Of a stretch of 64,000 nucleotides of DNA, positions 1-10,865 are shown piece by piece. The stretch lies in assembly GCF_049075655.1 (NCBI RefSeq), contig NZ_CP157522.1, forward strand, positions 1,216,001 through 1,280,000, written 5' to 3'. The stretch is from Methanothermococcus sp. Ax23 (GTDB taxonomy: Archaea; AGJL01; Methanococci; Methanococcales; Methanococcaceae). Position 1 is the first letter of the stretch, and every line of letters begins with the position of its first letter. The position numbers and the translations under genes are program-made. The notes beneath the pieces were generated by a model. The model saw nothing but the letters and a program-made list of their open reading frames with translations. It was not told the origin of the DNA and made no database searches.

Positions 1-124
1 TTTAAAATGTTTGTTTTTTGGAGTGGAGGATTAATTAATATAAACAATAATAAATGAGAAAGAAAGAAAAAATAAAAAAAGAAAAGAAAAAGAAGAAAAA
101 GGAAAAATAATTAAAAAACAAAAT

Positions 125-469
125 TTAGAATGTGATGACTTTATCACTTTCTTTTGTAAATGCAACTAAATCATGCATTGTAGCCAGTTGCACACCATCT
201 ACTAAATCCTCTTCACTTAAACCTCTCGCCTTACTGCATGGACCGCATGCTTTTACAACTGCCCCAGCTTCAATGCAGTTTTTTAAATATTCCAAATAGT
301 TTGGAACTTCTGCTGGATTTTGAGATGTTTTTGCAACATAGACGCCATCTTCAAGGAGGAATATATTAATATCAATACCTTCTAAGAGTGATGTTAAAGC
401 AAATCTAAGGGCGGAATATGCCCTTTCCTGCCCGTATGGCGCTGTTGTGATTATTACCGTGAATTTCAA
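125..469 (-). CDS. DsrE/DsrF-family sulfur relay protein
   Basis: 114 aa; APYG motif, FLLEDGV, CGPC..ARG motif; GGTGA RBS before a TTG start; downstream of tusA. Confidence 0.85.
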   Translation of the reverse strand: MKFTVIITTAPYGQERAYSALRFALTSLLEGIDINIFLLEDGVYVAKTSQNPAEVPNYLEYLKNCIEAGAVVKACGPCSKARGLSEEDLVDGVQLATMHDLVAFTKESDKVITF

Positions 470-493
470 AATATCACCTTATTTTATAATTAT

Positions 494-709
494 TTACTTT
501 TTTATTACAATTTTAAATCCACTTTCAGTTTCTTCGGCAGATACAACAGTATGACCATGTTCTTCAACAAATCTTGTAATATTTTCAAGTGCTGGTTTAT
601 AGTCCCCTATTACTGTTAATTCCTCTCCATCACCCATTGAATCAAGAGCTTTTTTTGTTTTCAATACTGGGATTGGACATACTGTTCCACTAACGTCGAG
701 CTCCATCAT
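494..709 (-). CDS. tusA: TusA/SirA-family sulfur carrier protein
   Basis: 71 aa with the LDVSGTVCPIP (CPxP) signature. Confidence 0.9.
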   Translation of the reverse strand: MMELDVSGTVCPIPVLKTKKALDSMGDGEELTVIGDYKPALENITRFVEEHGHTVVSAEETESGFKIVIKK

Positions 710-1117
710 ATCACCATAATTATTAGATTTCTTAATAATAACTTAAAACATTATTATTCTATATAAAACTAAAACGTATTTAATGGAATATTATGCATTA
801 GTTTATTATATAAATATTTTCATTAACTAATTTAATATATAACCAATTATTAATTAATTTAATAGTTCTAAATGTCGGTAGTTTTATATATATTTGTAAA
901 TACAATTATATAACAAACTGCTGAGAATTATGATAAATTGAATGAAAACCGAAATTTTTCTTACCTTACCTTTAACTTAGTTAAGGCAATTTTTTTACTG
1001 TGGGATACCGCTACATGGCGATAAAATTTCTTCATTTTGTTTATCGAGAAAAATTCTCAAAGGGAGTTTAATCTTTTTATCGGAGTAGATATAGAAATAA
1101 ATACATATGTGATTCTT

Positions 1118-1564
1118 ATGAAACTTTACTACAAAAGAGGCCAAATTTCTATTGATGCAGTATTGGCAATACTTTTTATGTTATTACTGACTTCATTAGT
1201 TAGCTACAATGTGTTTAATAGCTTAAATGGAATTAGACATTCGGAAATTGCCGAGAGGGGGCATTCAATACTTGATGTTTTTGAAAATTATGCTTTAATT
1301 GCATATTCAAAAAATGTTAATATGTATATGACCTTTAAACCAATTGGAGATATTAATTTCACAATATATTTTTCAAATAAAAAAATAAGCGTTAATGATA
1401 CTATGAATATACTATTTAAACCTGAATATGATGAAAATGGCACATATATAAATATAACTGGGGAGAATTGGGGGTATAATTCATTTAACTTGCCCCAAAA
1501 TATTGTAAATATATCATTTGGGGATTTTTACGTCTGTAAAAATCTTACAGTTAGGATTAAATAA
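1118..1564 (+). CDS. Class III signal peptide (pilin-like) protein
   Basis: Start moved to ATG 1118 (GTGAT RBS); KRG|QISID followed by a hydrophobic helix, typical of Methanococcales type IV pilin-like proteins. Confidence 0.75.
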   Translation: MKLYYKRGQISIDAVLAILFMLLLTSLVSYNVFNSLNGIRHSEIAERGHSILDVFENYALIAYSKNVNMYMTFKPIGDINFTIYFSNKKISVNDTMNILFKPEYDENGTYINITGENWGYNSFNLPQNIVNISFGDFYVCKNLTVRIK

Positions 1565-1673
1565 CAAGGTTTTCTCTTTTTTAATATTGTTATAATTAAC
1601 ACATACATATTATATATCAAATTATGTTATATTATAATTATTTATAATTTTAACAGTATTTGAGGAACATATT

Positions 1674-3557
1674 ATGACGTTGGCAAAGTTGAAGTCAAAA
1701 AAGGGTTATATATTCACCTACGAGGCCATAGTAGTTGCTATTATATTTGTTATAGTCTTTTATGTAGGCCATTTTGCAATTACTCATAATATTTTAACAG
1801 TTCATGAAGAAAAAAGAAATATCGAATCATTTGAAAAAGCCAACCTAATAACTGATGTATTATATAAACAACATGAGCTCCCCTCTAATTCATATATTCC
1901 AGATTATAAAAAATTTCTAGATAAAATAAAAGAAAGGTATTATACCTCAGAGAGCAAAATTCCAGGAACATTTGACCCATTTGCACAGGCTAATTTAAAT
2001 TATGCATATAACGACAGTTGGATGTATGAAATAAATATATCAAATCCTAATAACTATGATTTAACAGATTATCAAGTTTTAATTACATTGACCCCGTCAA
2101 ATTTCAACTTTGACTTTTCGCCAGATGGGAAAAATATAAGTTTTTGGGAAAACGACAGCGGGACAATTACTGAAATTCCCTATTGGATTGAAACTTGGGA
2201 ATATAATCAAAAAGCAAGGATCTGGATAAAAGTAAATAAAATTCCTAAAAATAGTAGTGTTATGGTTTATTTAAAAAGGAATCAAATTGGAAATCCGACA
2301 ATAGAGGATAATGGAAATGAGGTATTTATATTCTTCGACAATTTTGAGGATGGAAATTTATGGGATAAATGGGAGATTGTAGTAGGTAATCAAAGCGATT
2401 GGGAGCTCACCCAAGATAACACCTTGCCGTTTTATAATAATAATTCAGGAATCAATTATGTTGCTCATTTAAAACCCAGTAGTGTGGAATATAGAAGTAT
2501 AATATCAAAAAATCCATTAAATGTTAATGATGGCGATAAATATATCCTTGAAGCCGTTGTTAAGGGACATACCGGAGTAGTTGGCGGAAGTGCAGATAGT
2601 CCCGATACGATGGTCGGATTTTATTCGGATAAAAACGCAAATTATTTTTATAATTCATTTACCGGTGATTATCAGCTTTTTGCAATATGTTATAATTATG
2701 ACGAAGATGACGAGCTATCAAATATATTTACAAAAGATAATATATGGTATGAAGAAAAATTCATATTAGAACAAAATGATAGTCCAAAGTATAGAGTCTG
2801 TAATTCATCTATCTGGGAATTCTTTAATGGACACTATGGGGACCCAAATCCAAATGATAATACAAATTCAATGCTCAATACATATTGTATGGTTACAGAA
2901 AATCCTGGAAATAGTAAGTATATTCTTTTAGGAACTGGTCAAGGTTCCCATAGTGAAGAATATTGGTTTGATAATATTAAAGTAAGAAAATATGCCCCAA
3001 AGGTATCGGTTTCTGTAAGTGAAAATATTGTGAGCTCTACAATTTTGGAATCTACAATATCATATAATTTTGCAAATGTTCCAAATGTATCTTTAACAAA
3101 TGTAAATCTGATTTCGGTAAATTATTCAGTTATTTACTCGGATAATGACTATGTGAAAACAAGAAATCTACTAGTTCCAATAAAAACTTGGAGATATTCC
3201 AACAACAAAATAGCATCTGAAAATATATCCCAGGGTGAAATTTTATATTTTGCCGCCAGGAGACCTTCAACGCTAGTTTATATTAACGCTTCTTCAACAG
3301 AGCCAACGGATGCACTGTTTTTAGTTAATGGAGTTCCATTTAAAATGTATCTGAACAGCACTCCAAAAATTACCGGATTTGGAAAAGTCATAAACACACA
3401 TAATTGGGAATATTACGAACCTAATGAGATAAAATTATTAAATGTATCAAACAATGCATTAATAACCCTGAATATTACATATAATCAACCTTCTACAATT
3501 TATGTATTAAAATTAAAACCTGAAAATATATCATGTGTTGTTGAATTAAAGAATTAG
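1674..3557 (+). CDS. DUF2341-domain pilin-like/adhesin protein
   Basis: KKG|YIFTYE plus hydrophobic helix; I.ISNPN..L.DYQV, IPYWIE.W, IWIKV, VF.FFDNFE and FDNIKVRKY motifs of DUF2341. Confidence 0.8.
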   Translation: MTLAKLKSKKGYIFTYEAIVVAIIFVIVFYVGHFAITHNILTVHEEKRNIESFEKANLITDVLYKQHELPSNSYIPDYKKFLDKIKERYYTSESKIPGTFDPFAQANLNYAYNDSWMYEINISNPNNYDLTDYQVLITLTPSNFNFDFSPDGKNISFWENDSGTITEIPYWIETWEYNQKARIWIKVNKIPKNSSVMVYLKRNQIGNPTIEDNGNEVFIFFDNFEDGNLWDKWEIVVGNQSDWELTQDNTLPFYNNNSGINYVAHLKPSSVEYRSIISKNPLNVNDGDKYILEAVVKGHTGVVGGSADSPDTMVGFYSDKNANYFYNSFTGDYQLFAICYNYDEDDELSNIFTKDNIWYEEKFILEQNDSPKYRVCNSSIWEFFNGHYGDPNPNDNTNSMLNTYCMVTENPGNSKYILLGTGQGSHSEEYWFDNIKVRKYAPKVSVSVSENIVSSTILESTISYNFANVPNVSLTNVNLISVNYSVIYSDNDYVKTRNLLVPIKTWRYSNNKIASENISQGEILYFAARRPSTLVYINASSTEPTDALFLVNGVPFKMYLNSTPKITGFGKVINTHNWEYYEPNEIKLLNVSNNALITLNITYNQPSTIYVLKLKPENISCVVELKN

Positions 3558-3567
3558 GGGATATATT

Positions 3568-4107
3568 ATGATATTTGATAGTGATATATTAATTGCAGTT
3601 ATTATTATTATCGTGGGCATGGGGTTCTTTACATCTTCGATGGTAGAGCATACAAACAACTATGCAGACGCTGTAAAAACAAATATATTATATGATAAAG
3701 TAGTTTATCAACTAAAATCCCTAATTTCGGATGGGACTTTGGAAACTGCTGTTTTATTGCTAAATACTAACAACTCAGACATTGCAAAGAGTGTTTTAAA
3801 AAACAAGATAGGGCTTAAAAATTATGAATTAAAAATTGGAAATTATCCCATTATCCCACCACAAGGCGATTTAAATAGCACTAAAACTATTATGGTATCA
3901 GCCACCATACTAATGAATAGAACAGAAGGATGGTATGGAATTTACGGAAACGATGATGAATTACATATAACAAATAAATATTTTATAAGCGAAAATGAGA
4001 CGTATAACTACTTAAATACATATTATAACAGTTATCCGTATAAAAAAGCCATATATTATTTTAATTCAAGTAATCCTATAAATATCACACTAATTTATGG
4101 TGATTAA
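3568..4107 (+). CDS. Minor pilin-like membrane-anchored protein
   Basis: N-terminal hydrophobic helix; lies in the operon between the two DUF2341 genes. Confidence 0.6.
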   Translation: MIFDSDILIAVIIIIVGMGFFTSSMVEHTNNYADAVKTNILYDKVVYQLKSLISDGTLETAVLLLNTNNSDIAKSVLKNKIGLKNYELKIGNYPIIPPQGDLNSTKTIMVSATILMNRTEGWYGIYGNDDELHITNKYFISENETYNYLNTYYNSYPYKKAIYYFNSSNPINITLIYGD

Positions 4108-6000
4108 ATGTATGCATCTCAAAGTATGATTATATTGGTTTTACTGTTGTTCTTAACTGGAACATTGTTATACAACACCATCGATATTCAAAAACAGCAG
4201 ATATTAAATGAGATGAAGGCATCTTCTGTTGATTTAAAATCTACGGCAATAGAACATGTAGTTTCTTCATCCATTTCTGTGGTATTTAACAAGGCATTGA
4301 ATGATGCAGAACTGAGAGTTATAAGACTATATAATGAAAATCCCAACAATCCCAATGAAGCATTTTTTAAAAACACTACGGAAGTTTTAGAATTTCTAAA
4401 AAATGATACTGTTAATATAACAAGCAATAATTATTTAGCAAATGCAAGTGAATATTATAAAAATCAAGGATATAATTTTTCATATAAATTCAACATAACA
4501 AACATAACCATGGTAGATGGATTTACATTTAAGATAGATTATATTTTTGAATATAACTTATCAAGTGGTGGAACTGCAAATAAATCAAAGTGTATAAATT
4601 CCTCCCAATATATAACTGTAAAAACAGTTTTAGATGCTTACCATTACATAAAACCAACCTATGTCGGAAGTATAAATATTTCAAATCCGAACGATAAATA
4701 TTTAAATGATTTTCAAGTTAAAGTTGTTTTAAACAATAGCAATTTCAATTTTTCGCTGGAACCAAATGGAACTGGTTTAAGATTCTATGATGAGAATAGG
4801 AACTATGTTCCATATTGGGTAGAATATTGGAATTATTCAAACGATAATATAGATAATGATAAGGCAATTATTTGGCTAAAAGTTCCACAGTTAAAAGCTA
4901 ATGCAAATACAACGATATATATGATATCCACATACCCAAAAATATCAGAAAGTAAGGGGGATTTAGTATTTGAACTATTTGACGGCTTTGAATATAATGA
5001 TTCAATCTACTCTAAATGGAATGTATTATATGGGGCTTGGGATTACAGCAACAATGATAATCCACTTTATAATCCACTATATAATAGACAGATAATTGAT
5101 TGTAAAGGAGCTCCGCCAGTTGCAAGAATGATTTCAAACGATAATATAAGTTTAAATAATTATATTATTGAAGTGGATGCAAAAGGAAATAATGATTATG
5201 AATATCCTATTGGGCGGGGTCGGCAGCAGCGGGTTTCTTGGCCTGCCCCAAATATAATGGTGGGATATTTTGCAAATCCTCAGTATTATGGAGAAACCAC
5301 AACTCATCCAGATGCCTATTATACATTGGATTTAGGCGGGAGGTGCGATGAGTCAGGCAATCCTGCACTTTGGTCTGATGGTAATGATTTATATTGGATG
5401 AATGGAGGGAAATGGGATTGGGATATATCTGAGTGGGTAGATTATAATTATATAGATTTTAATGGAACTGACATGTGTAATGAATATCCAATTAGTTACT
5501 ATACCATCCATAGAACCAATATTACATATAACGGAACTGTATCACCACAAAAAAACACATGGTATCATATAAAAATCCTTATCACTGGAACAACAGTTAA
5601 AGGAGCATACTCTAATTTAAGTGATTATCTACAAAATAATGAAAATAATTGGATGATTAGTGAAAATATAAATAACCCATACGGAAGTTATTTTGAACTT
5701 GGAACATCAATGGGATTCCACGATTATACTCAAAATGTATATTTTGATAATTTCAGAGTAAGAAAATACGCTCCAATGGAACCAACGGCAACAGCATACA
5801 AAAACATGGTTAGAAAAACGGGAATTATATATATTTCCCCAAATAGGGATTATGGAACTCATTATGGGGGCGAAGAAAGTTATAACCCCTACTTTGTAGA
5901 AGATACTTCAAATATATATCCTTCCATCATAGACATGCTCGCTGGAAAAGATACAAAAGAATGGAAATATGGATATAGTATAAAATTAGAAGGTTATTAA
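4108..6000 (+). CDS. DUF2341-domain membrane-anchored protein
   Basis: N-terminal TM; INISNPN..LNDFQV, VPYWVEYW, IWLKVP, LFDGFE and FDNFRVRKY motifs; abuts the upstream stop. Confidence 0.8.
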   Translation: MYASQSMIILVLLLFLTGTLLYNTIDIQKQQILNEMKASSVDLKSTAIEHVVSSSISVVFNKALNDAELRVIRLYNENPNNPNEAFFKNTTEVLEFLKNDTVNITSNNYLANASEYYKNQGYNFSYKFNITNITMVDGFTFKIDYIFEYNLSSGGTANKSKCINSSQYITVKTVLDAYHYIKPTYVGSINISNPNDKYLNDFQVKVVLNNSNFNFSLEPNGTGLRFYDENRNYVPYWVEYWNYSNDNIDNDKAIIWLKVPQLKANANTTIYMISTYPKISESKGDLVFELFDGFEYNDSIYSKWNVLYGAWDYSNNDNPLYNPLYNRQIIDCKGAPPVARMISNDNISLNNYIIEVDAKGNNDYEYPIGRGRQQRVSWPAPNIMVGYFANPQYYGETTTHPDAYYTLDLGGRCDESGNPALWSDGNDLYWMNGGKWDWDISEWVDYNYIDFNGTDMCNEYPISYYTIHRTNITYNGTVSPQKNTWYHIKILITGTTVKGAYSNLSDYLQNNENNWMISENINNPYGSYFELGTSMGFHDYTQNVYFDNFRVRKYAPMEPTATAYKNMVRKTGIIYISPNRDYGTHYGGEESYNPYFVEDTSNIYPSIIDMLAGKDTKEWKYGYSIKLEGY

Positions 6001-6326
6001 TTTATCTTATTTAATTTTTCATCTAATAACAACCTTATACACTCATCAACATCATCAGTTTCACACTTGTATATTTCAATGCCCTTTTTCGATAAACTCT
6101 CCATGCTATTTTTACCCATATTTATACAAATTACAACATCTGGCTTTTCACCTAATACAACCTTAACAGCCTTGCCATGACCTTGACCATCACAGGGGAC
6201 GCTTTCTACAACTTTTGTATTTGCTACTTCTTTTTTGTCGTTGTCTATATTAACAATTAAGAAATACGGAGCTCTACCAAAATGAGCACATATTTTATCA
6301 CTTTCCATGGGTATTGTAATTTTCAT
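5997..6326 (-). CDS. NifB/NifX-family Fe-Mo cluster-binding protein
   Basis: HFGRAPYF motif, GQGHG, 109 aa. Confidence 0.85.
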   Translation of the reverse strand: MKITIPMESDKICAHFGRAPYFLIVNIDNDKKEVANTKVVESVPCDGQGHGKAVKVVLGEKPDVVICINMGKNSMESLSKKGIEIYKCETDDVDECIRLLLDEKLNKIN

Positions 6327-6359
6327 AATTTCACCATTATTCTTTGTTCTTTGCCATCC

Positions 6360-7907
6360 TTACTTACTCATTATTTTATTTATTCCATCAATAATTGCTT
6401 CAACAGATGCCCTTACTATATCCTCATTTGCCGCTTTTGCAGTGATTTCTTTTCCATATCCTTCTAATTTAACAATTACTTCCGCTAAAGCGTCTGTCCC
6501 ACCAGTGATGGCATTTATGTGATATTCTTTTATTTTTATCTTTTCTCCTATTATGGATTGAATTGCCTTTAATGCGGCATCCACAGGTCCAACTCCAACC
6601 TTTGAAGTAATATATTTCTCATTATTTATTATCAAAGCCACGCTTGCTGTTGGAATTACTTTGTTTCCAGTCATTACTGCTATTTGCTCCAAATTAACGA
6701 TTCTTTCTGATTTTACAGTTCTCTTTGTAATATCTTCAACAATTGCTATTACATCGGCATCGGTAATCATTTTACCTTTATCTCCGATGTCTTTTATTCT
6801 GTTTATTATCTCTTTAAACTGCTCTTCTGAAACATTCTTCCCAACTTCCAGCCCGAGCTCCTTCAACTTTGATTGGATAGCATGAGCTCCGGTATGTTTT
6901 CCCAATATAATTTTTCTCTTCTGACCAACAATTTCAGGAGGTATTGGTTCATAAGTGAGAGCATGTGCAAGCACTCCGTGGGCGTGGATACCACTTTCAT
7001 GGGCAAATGAATTTTCCCCAACTACTGCCTTATTTGGCTGGGTTTTTATTCCCGTGAGTTTTGATACTAAATTAGATATTTCTGTTAATTTTTCGGTTTT
7101 TATATTGGATTCTACACCGTAAATCATCTTTAAGGACATTACCGCTTCTTCAAGAGCTGCATTTCCTGCTCTTTCACCTAACCCATTTATTGTGCAGTGT
7201 ATCTGCTCAGCCCCACCTTCAACTGCACCTAATGAATTTGCCACGGCAAGACCAAAGTCATTATGACAGTGAACAGAAATAGGAATAGTTAGTTCCTTTT
7301 TTAACTCGCTTATTAAATAAGTCATTGCCCTAGGAATCATTACACCAACGGTATCGGGAACATTTATTCTGTCTGCTCCTGCATCTTCTGCATTTTTATA
7401 AACTTCTATCAAATAATCAATTTCTGTCCTTGTGGCATCTTCTGCTGAGAACTCCACTTTTATTCCATGTTCCTTTATATATTCTATGGCATCCACTGCT
7501 TTGTTTATTATTTCTTCTTTGCTCATTTTTAATTTATATTCTCTATGGAGGGGAGATGTTGCTATAAATGTATGTATGCTATCAACACCGCAATCTATTG
7601 CAACATCTATATCTTTTTTAACTGCCCTTGCAAGACCGCAAATTTCTGCATCCATGTTTAAAGATGTTATTTTTTTAATGGCTTCCTGCTCCCCATGGGA
7701 TGAAATAGGAAATCCTGCTTCTATAACATCCACACCTAAGTTATTTAGATTTACAGCAATTTCCACCTTTTCATCAGGGGTTAGGGATACTCCGGGAGTT
7801 TGCTCTCCGTCTCTCAGGGTGGTGTCGAAAATTTTAACCTTCTTCGGAATGTTCAGATGATTAATGGCATTTTTAATTATATCATTAGTTTGATTATAAG
7901 GTTCCAT
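6360..7907 (-). CDS. leuA: 2-isopropylmalate synthase
   Basis: [25 protein letters not shown] and a C-terminal regulatory domain; start moved to ATG 7907 after a GGTGA RBS; CimA not fully excluded. Confidence 0.85.
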   Translation of the reverse strand: MEPYNQTNDIIKNAINHLNIPKKVKIFDTTLRDGEQTPGVSLTPDEKVEIAVNLNNLGVDVIEAGFPISSHGEQEAIKKITSLNMDAEICGLARAVKKDIDVAIDCGVDSIHTFIATSPLHREYKLKMSKEEIINKAVDAIEYIKEHGIKVEFSAEDATRTEIDYLIEVYKNAEDAGADRINVPDTVGVMIPRAMTYLISELKKELTIPISVHCHNDFGLAVANSLGAVEGGAEQIHCTINGLGERAGNAALEEAVMSLKMIYGVESNIKTEKLTEISNLVSKLTGIKTQPNKAVVGENSFAHESGIHAHGVLAHALTYEPIPPEIVGQKRKIILGKHTGAHAIQSKLKELGLEVGKNVSEEQFKEIINRIKDIGDKGKMITDADVIAIVEDITKRTVKSERIVNLEQIAVMTGNKVIPTASVALIINNEKYITSKVGVGPVDAALKAIQSIIGEKIKIKEYHINAITGGTDALAEVIVKLEGYGKEITAKAANEDIVRASVEAIIDGINKIMSK

Positions 7908-8214
7908 AATTTTCACCACATTCTTTCTCATTAAATAATGTATTTTTTGGATAATATTACCTAAATTAATTATTATAAATTAATTGCTTCTATTTTATAA
8001 AAAGTTTAATAATATTGATAATGATATATATTTGTAGTATTTAGATGTATTGTGTATAATGAATGTATATTAATGAACATATTATAACGATGTTTATATT
8101 GCCCATTTAGACATCACTATAACTGTAATTTTAAAAAATTTAAATTACATTTTTATAGGGGGCGTTCTTATTTTATTATAAAATATTAATTTCCAATTTA
8201 AATTTGGTGAGATT

Positions 8215-9210
8215 GTGGAAATTTTATTAAGCGTATTTATTCTTTTAATGGGATTGGTATTGTTGAATTATGGAAGCGATTGGTTTGTGCTTGGAAGCTC
8301 GAGGATAGCAAAATATCTAAATGTTTCAGATTTTGTTATAGGGGCAACCATAGTTGCATTTGGAACATCCTTGCCTGAGATAATTACAAGTGTTTATGCG
8401 GCGTATGCAAATTTACCAGGCATTGCAGTTGGAAACTCCCTTGGAAGTTGTATTGCTAATATTGGATTGATACTTGGAATAAGTGCCATAATTTATCCAA
8501 TAGTTGTAAGGCATAATTCAGTTTTAAAAAACGGTTATATTTATTTAATATTTACAATTGTAGCATTTATACTTGGATATGATGGATTTGGATTTATTGA
8601 TGGGCTGATTTTATTTATTTTACTTTTGGGGTATATTGTCCATACTATTAAAAATGGAGGGACTCCAACGGTTGAAGAGGAAGGAGCTCCTAAAAAAATT
8701 TCCATGACTACGGCAGTAATATTTACTATTGTAGGATTGTTGTCGGTAATTATTGGAAGTGAATTGTTTGTTGATGGGGCAAAAGGCATAGCCGCATTTC
8801 TTGGAATATCTGATAAAATTATTGGATTTACCCTTGTTGCATTTGGAACTTCTCTCCCTGAGCTCGTAGTATCAATCACCGCAGTTAGGAGAAAGCTTGG
8901 AGATATAGTGCTTGGAAATGTGATAGGTAGCAATATGGCAAATATTGGCTGTGCTTTGGCATTTTCTGGTATGATATCATATATTCCACCTGTCAAATTC
9001 GAAATGAATGTAAATCTATTTCTTGTTGTCCTTATGGTGATATATATGAGTAAAAATTTAATACTGGATAAAATAAGAAATAAAAAGGTAAATACAAATA
9101 TCAACGATAAAACAAATTTAGAAGAATATTCAAAAATCGGAAGAATAGAGGGAATTTCTCTTGTTTTAATTTATATGATATTCATTCTAAAAATATCCAA
9201 TATATTTTAA
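8215..9210 (+). CDS. Na+/Ca2+ antiporter (CaCA family)
   Basis: Two GTSLPE alpha-repeats, multiple TM helices. Confidence 0.92.
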   Translation: MEILLSVFILLMGLVLLNYGSDWFVLGSSRIAKYLNVSDFVIGATIVAFGTSLPEIITSVYAAYANLPGIAVGNSLGSCIANIGLILGISAIIYPIVVRHNSVLKNGYIYLIFTIVAFILGYDGFGFIDGLILFILLLGYIVHTIKNGGTPTVEEEGAPKKISMTTAVIFTIVGLLSVIIGSELFVDGAKGIAAFLGISDKIIGFTLVAFGTSLPELVVSITAVRRKLGDIVLGNVIGSNMANIGCALAFSGMISYIPPVKFEMNVNLFLVVLMVIYMSKNLILDKIRNKKVNTNINDKTNLEEYSKIGRIEGISLVLIYMIFILKISNIF

Positions 9211-9311
9211 TAAAAAGTAAAAAATAAAGATAAAATAAAAAGGTAGGATAAATTAGGAAAATTAAAATAAAAGAAAATAAAAAAAGATAAATAAATTAAA
9301 TAAGTGAAATT

Positions 9312-10787
9312 ATGAAAACTGTAAAAATAAAAATAAATAGGAATGGAGTATTTGAAGAATATGAGGTTCCTGAAAATATAACGGTTTTAGATGCTCTGAA
9401 TTACATAAATAAAACCTACAACAAAAATATTCAATACAGGGCATCATGTAGGGCAGGGCAGTGCGGGAGCTGTGCTATGACCATAAACGATGAGCCAAGA
9501 CTTTCCTGTAAAACAAAGGTTAAAGATGGCATGAAAATAGAGCCATTAGAAGGATTTAATGTAATTAAAGATTTAATCGTTGATAGGTCATCATATTATA
9601 AAAAATTATATAATTTACGAAATTACTTGCAGTATGATGAAGAGGAGGAGCTCTCAACAATACATCCAGAGGACATAAAAGATTTAAAAAATATAAGGGG
9701 ATGTATAGACTGTTTAAGCTGTCTTTCAAAATGTCCGGCAAGGAAGTTCTCAGATTATTCTGGACCAACTCTTATACGACAGCTTGCAAGATTTGCATTT
9801 GACCCTAGGGATGACGGAGATAGGGAAAAAGAAGCCTATTTTGAAAATATATATAACTGCACTACATGTGGGAAGTGCGTTGAAGTATGTCCAAAGGAGA
9901 TTGACATAGTCCATAACGCCATAGAGAAGTTAAGAGCATTATCTTTTAAAAATGGATGTTATTTAAAAAATCATTTGGTAGTTAGAGAAAATGTTTTAAA
10001 AGGCAATAGGTCAGTGGTGAAGGAAGAAACTCCATTGTTAGAGGATGAAAATATAAAAGACGAATATATTGTAGAAAATGAAAAAATGAGAGTTGCATTC
10101 TTCACCGGATGTTTGGTTGATTATAGGCTTCAAGATGTAGGGAAAAGTGCTATAAGGGTGCTGAATGCCCATGGAGTCTCTGTAATAATTCCAAAAAATC
10201 AAATCTGCTGTGGTTCCCCATTTTTAAGAACTGGTCAAAGGGATATTGCAGATAAGTTAAAAAAGCATAATTTGGATATTTTCAATAATCTAGATGTAGA
10301 TGCAGTGGTTACCATATGTGCAGGATGTGGAAGCACATTGAAAAACGATTATAAGGAGAAAGAATTTAAGGTTATGGACATTACCGAGGTTTTGAATACT
10401 GTTGGACTTATTGAATACAAATCATTGGATATAAAAATAACCTACCACGACCCATGCCATTTGAGAAGGGGACAAAAGGTATATGTTGAACCACGAAATA
10501 TTTTAAAAAATATACCTAAATTAAAGTTTATAGAGATGGAAATACCAGACCAATGCTGTGGTGCCGGCGGCGGTGTTAGAAGTGGAAAACCAGAAGTTTC
10601 TTCTGCGATAGGTAAAAGAAAGGCTAAAATGATTTATGATACTGATGCGGATTATGTAATTACGGTATGTCCATTCTGTGAATATCATATAAGGGATAGT
10701 TTAAATAAGTTAAAGAATGAAGAAAACAATTTAAAAGATATCGAGGTTATGAACATTGTTTCATTGCTTGATAAAGTGATTGAATAG
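9312..10787 (+). CDS. tfrB: Thiol:fumarate reductase subunit B
   Basis: SdhB-like 2Fe-2S motif (CRAGQCGSC), two 4Fe-4S motifs and two CCG domains. Confidence 0.88.
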   Translation: MKTVKIKINRNGVFEEYEVPENITVLDALNYINKTYNKNIQYRASCRAGQCGSCAMTINDEPRLSCKTKVKDGMKIEPLEGFNVIKDLIVDRSSYYKKLYNLRNYLQYDEEEELSTIHPEDIKDLKNIRGCIDCLSCLSKCPARKFSDYSGPTLIRQLARFAFDPRDDGDREKEAYFENIYNCTTCGKCVEVCPKEIDIVHNAIEKLRALSFKNGCYLKNHLVVRENVLKGNRSVVKEETPLLEDENIKDEYIVENEKMRVAFFTGCLVDYRLQDVGKSAIRVLNAHGVSVIIPKNQICCGSPFLRTGQRDIADKLKKHNLDIFNNLDVDAVVTICAGCGSTLKNDYKEKEFKVMDITEVLNTVGLIEYKSLDIKITYHDPCHLRRGQKVYVEPRNILKNIPKLKFIEMEIPDQCCGAGGGVRSGKPEVSSAIGKRKAKMIYDTDADYVITVCPFCEYHIRDSLNKLKNEENNLKDIEVMNIVSLLDKVIE

Positions 10788-10865
10788 CACATTTGAAATA
10801 ATGGAATTGAAATAAAATCAATAATTAAAAATAATAATAAATTTTTAAGATATAATAATTATTAA

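Noticed and set aside
41-124. Long purine-rich/A-rich tract (similar at 9210-9300)
   Set aside because: Typical low-complexity Methanococcales intergenic DNA; at 41-124 it reads as an oligo-T terminator region for the minus-strand gene.
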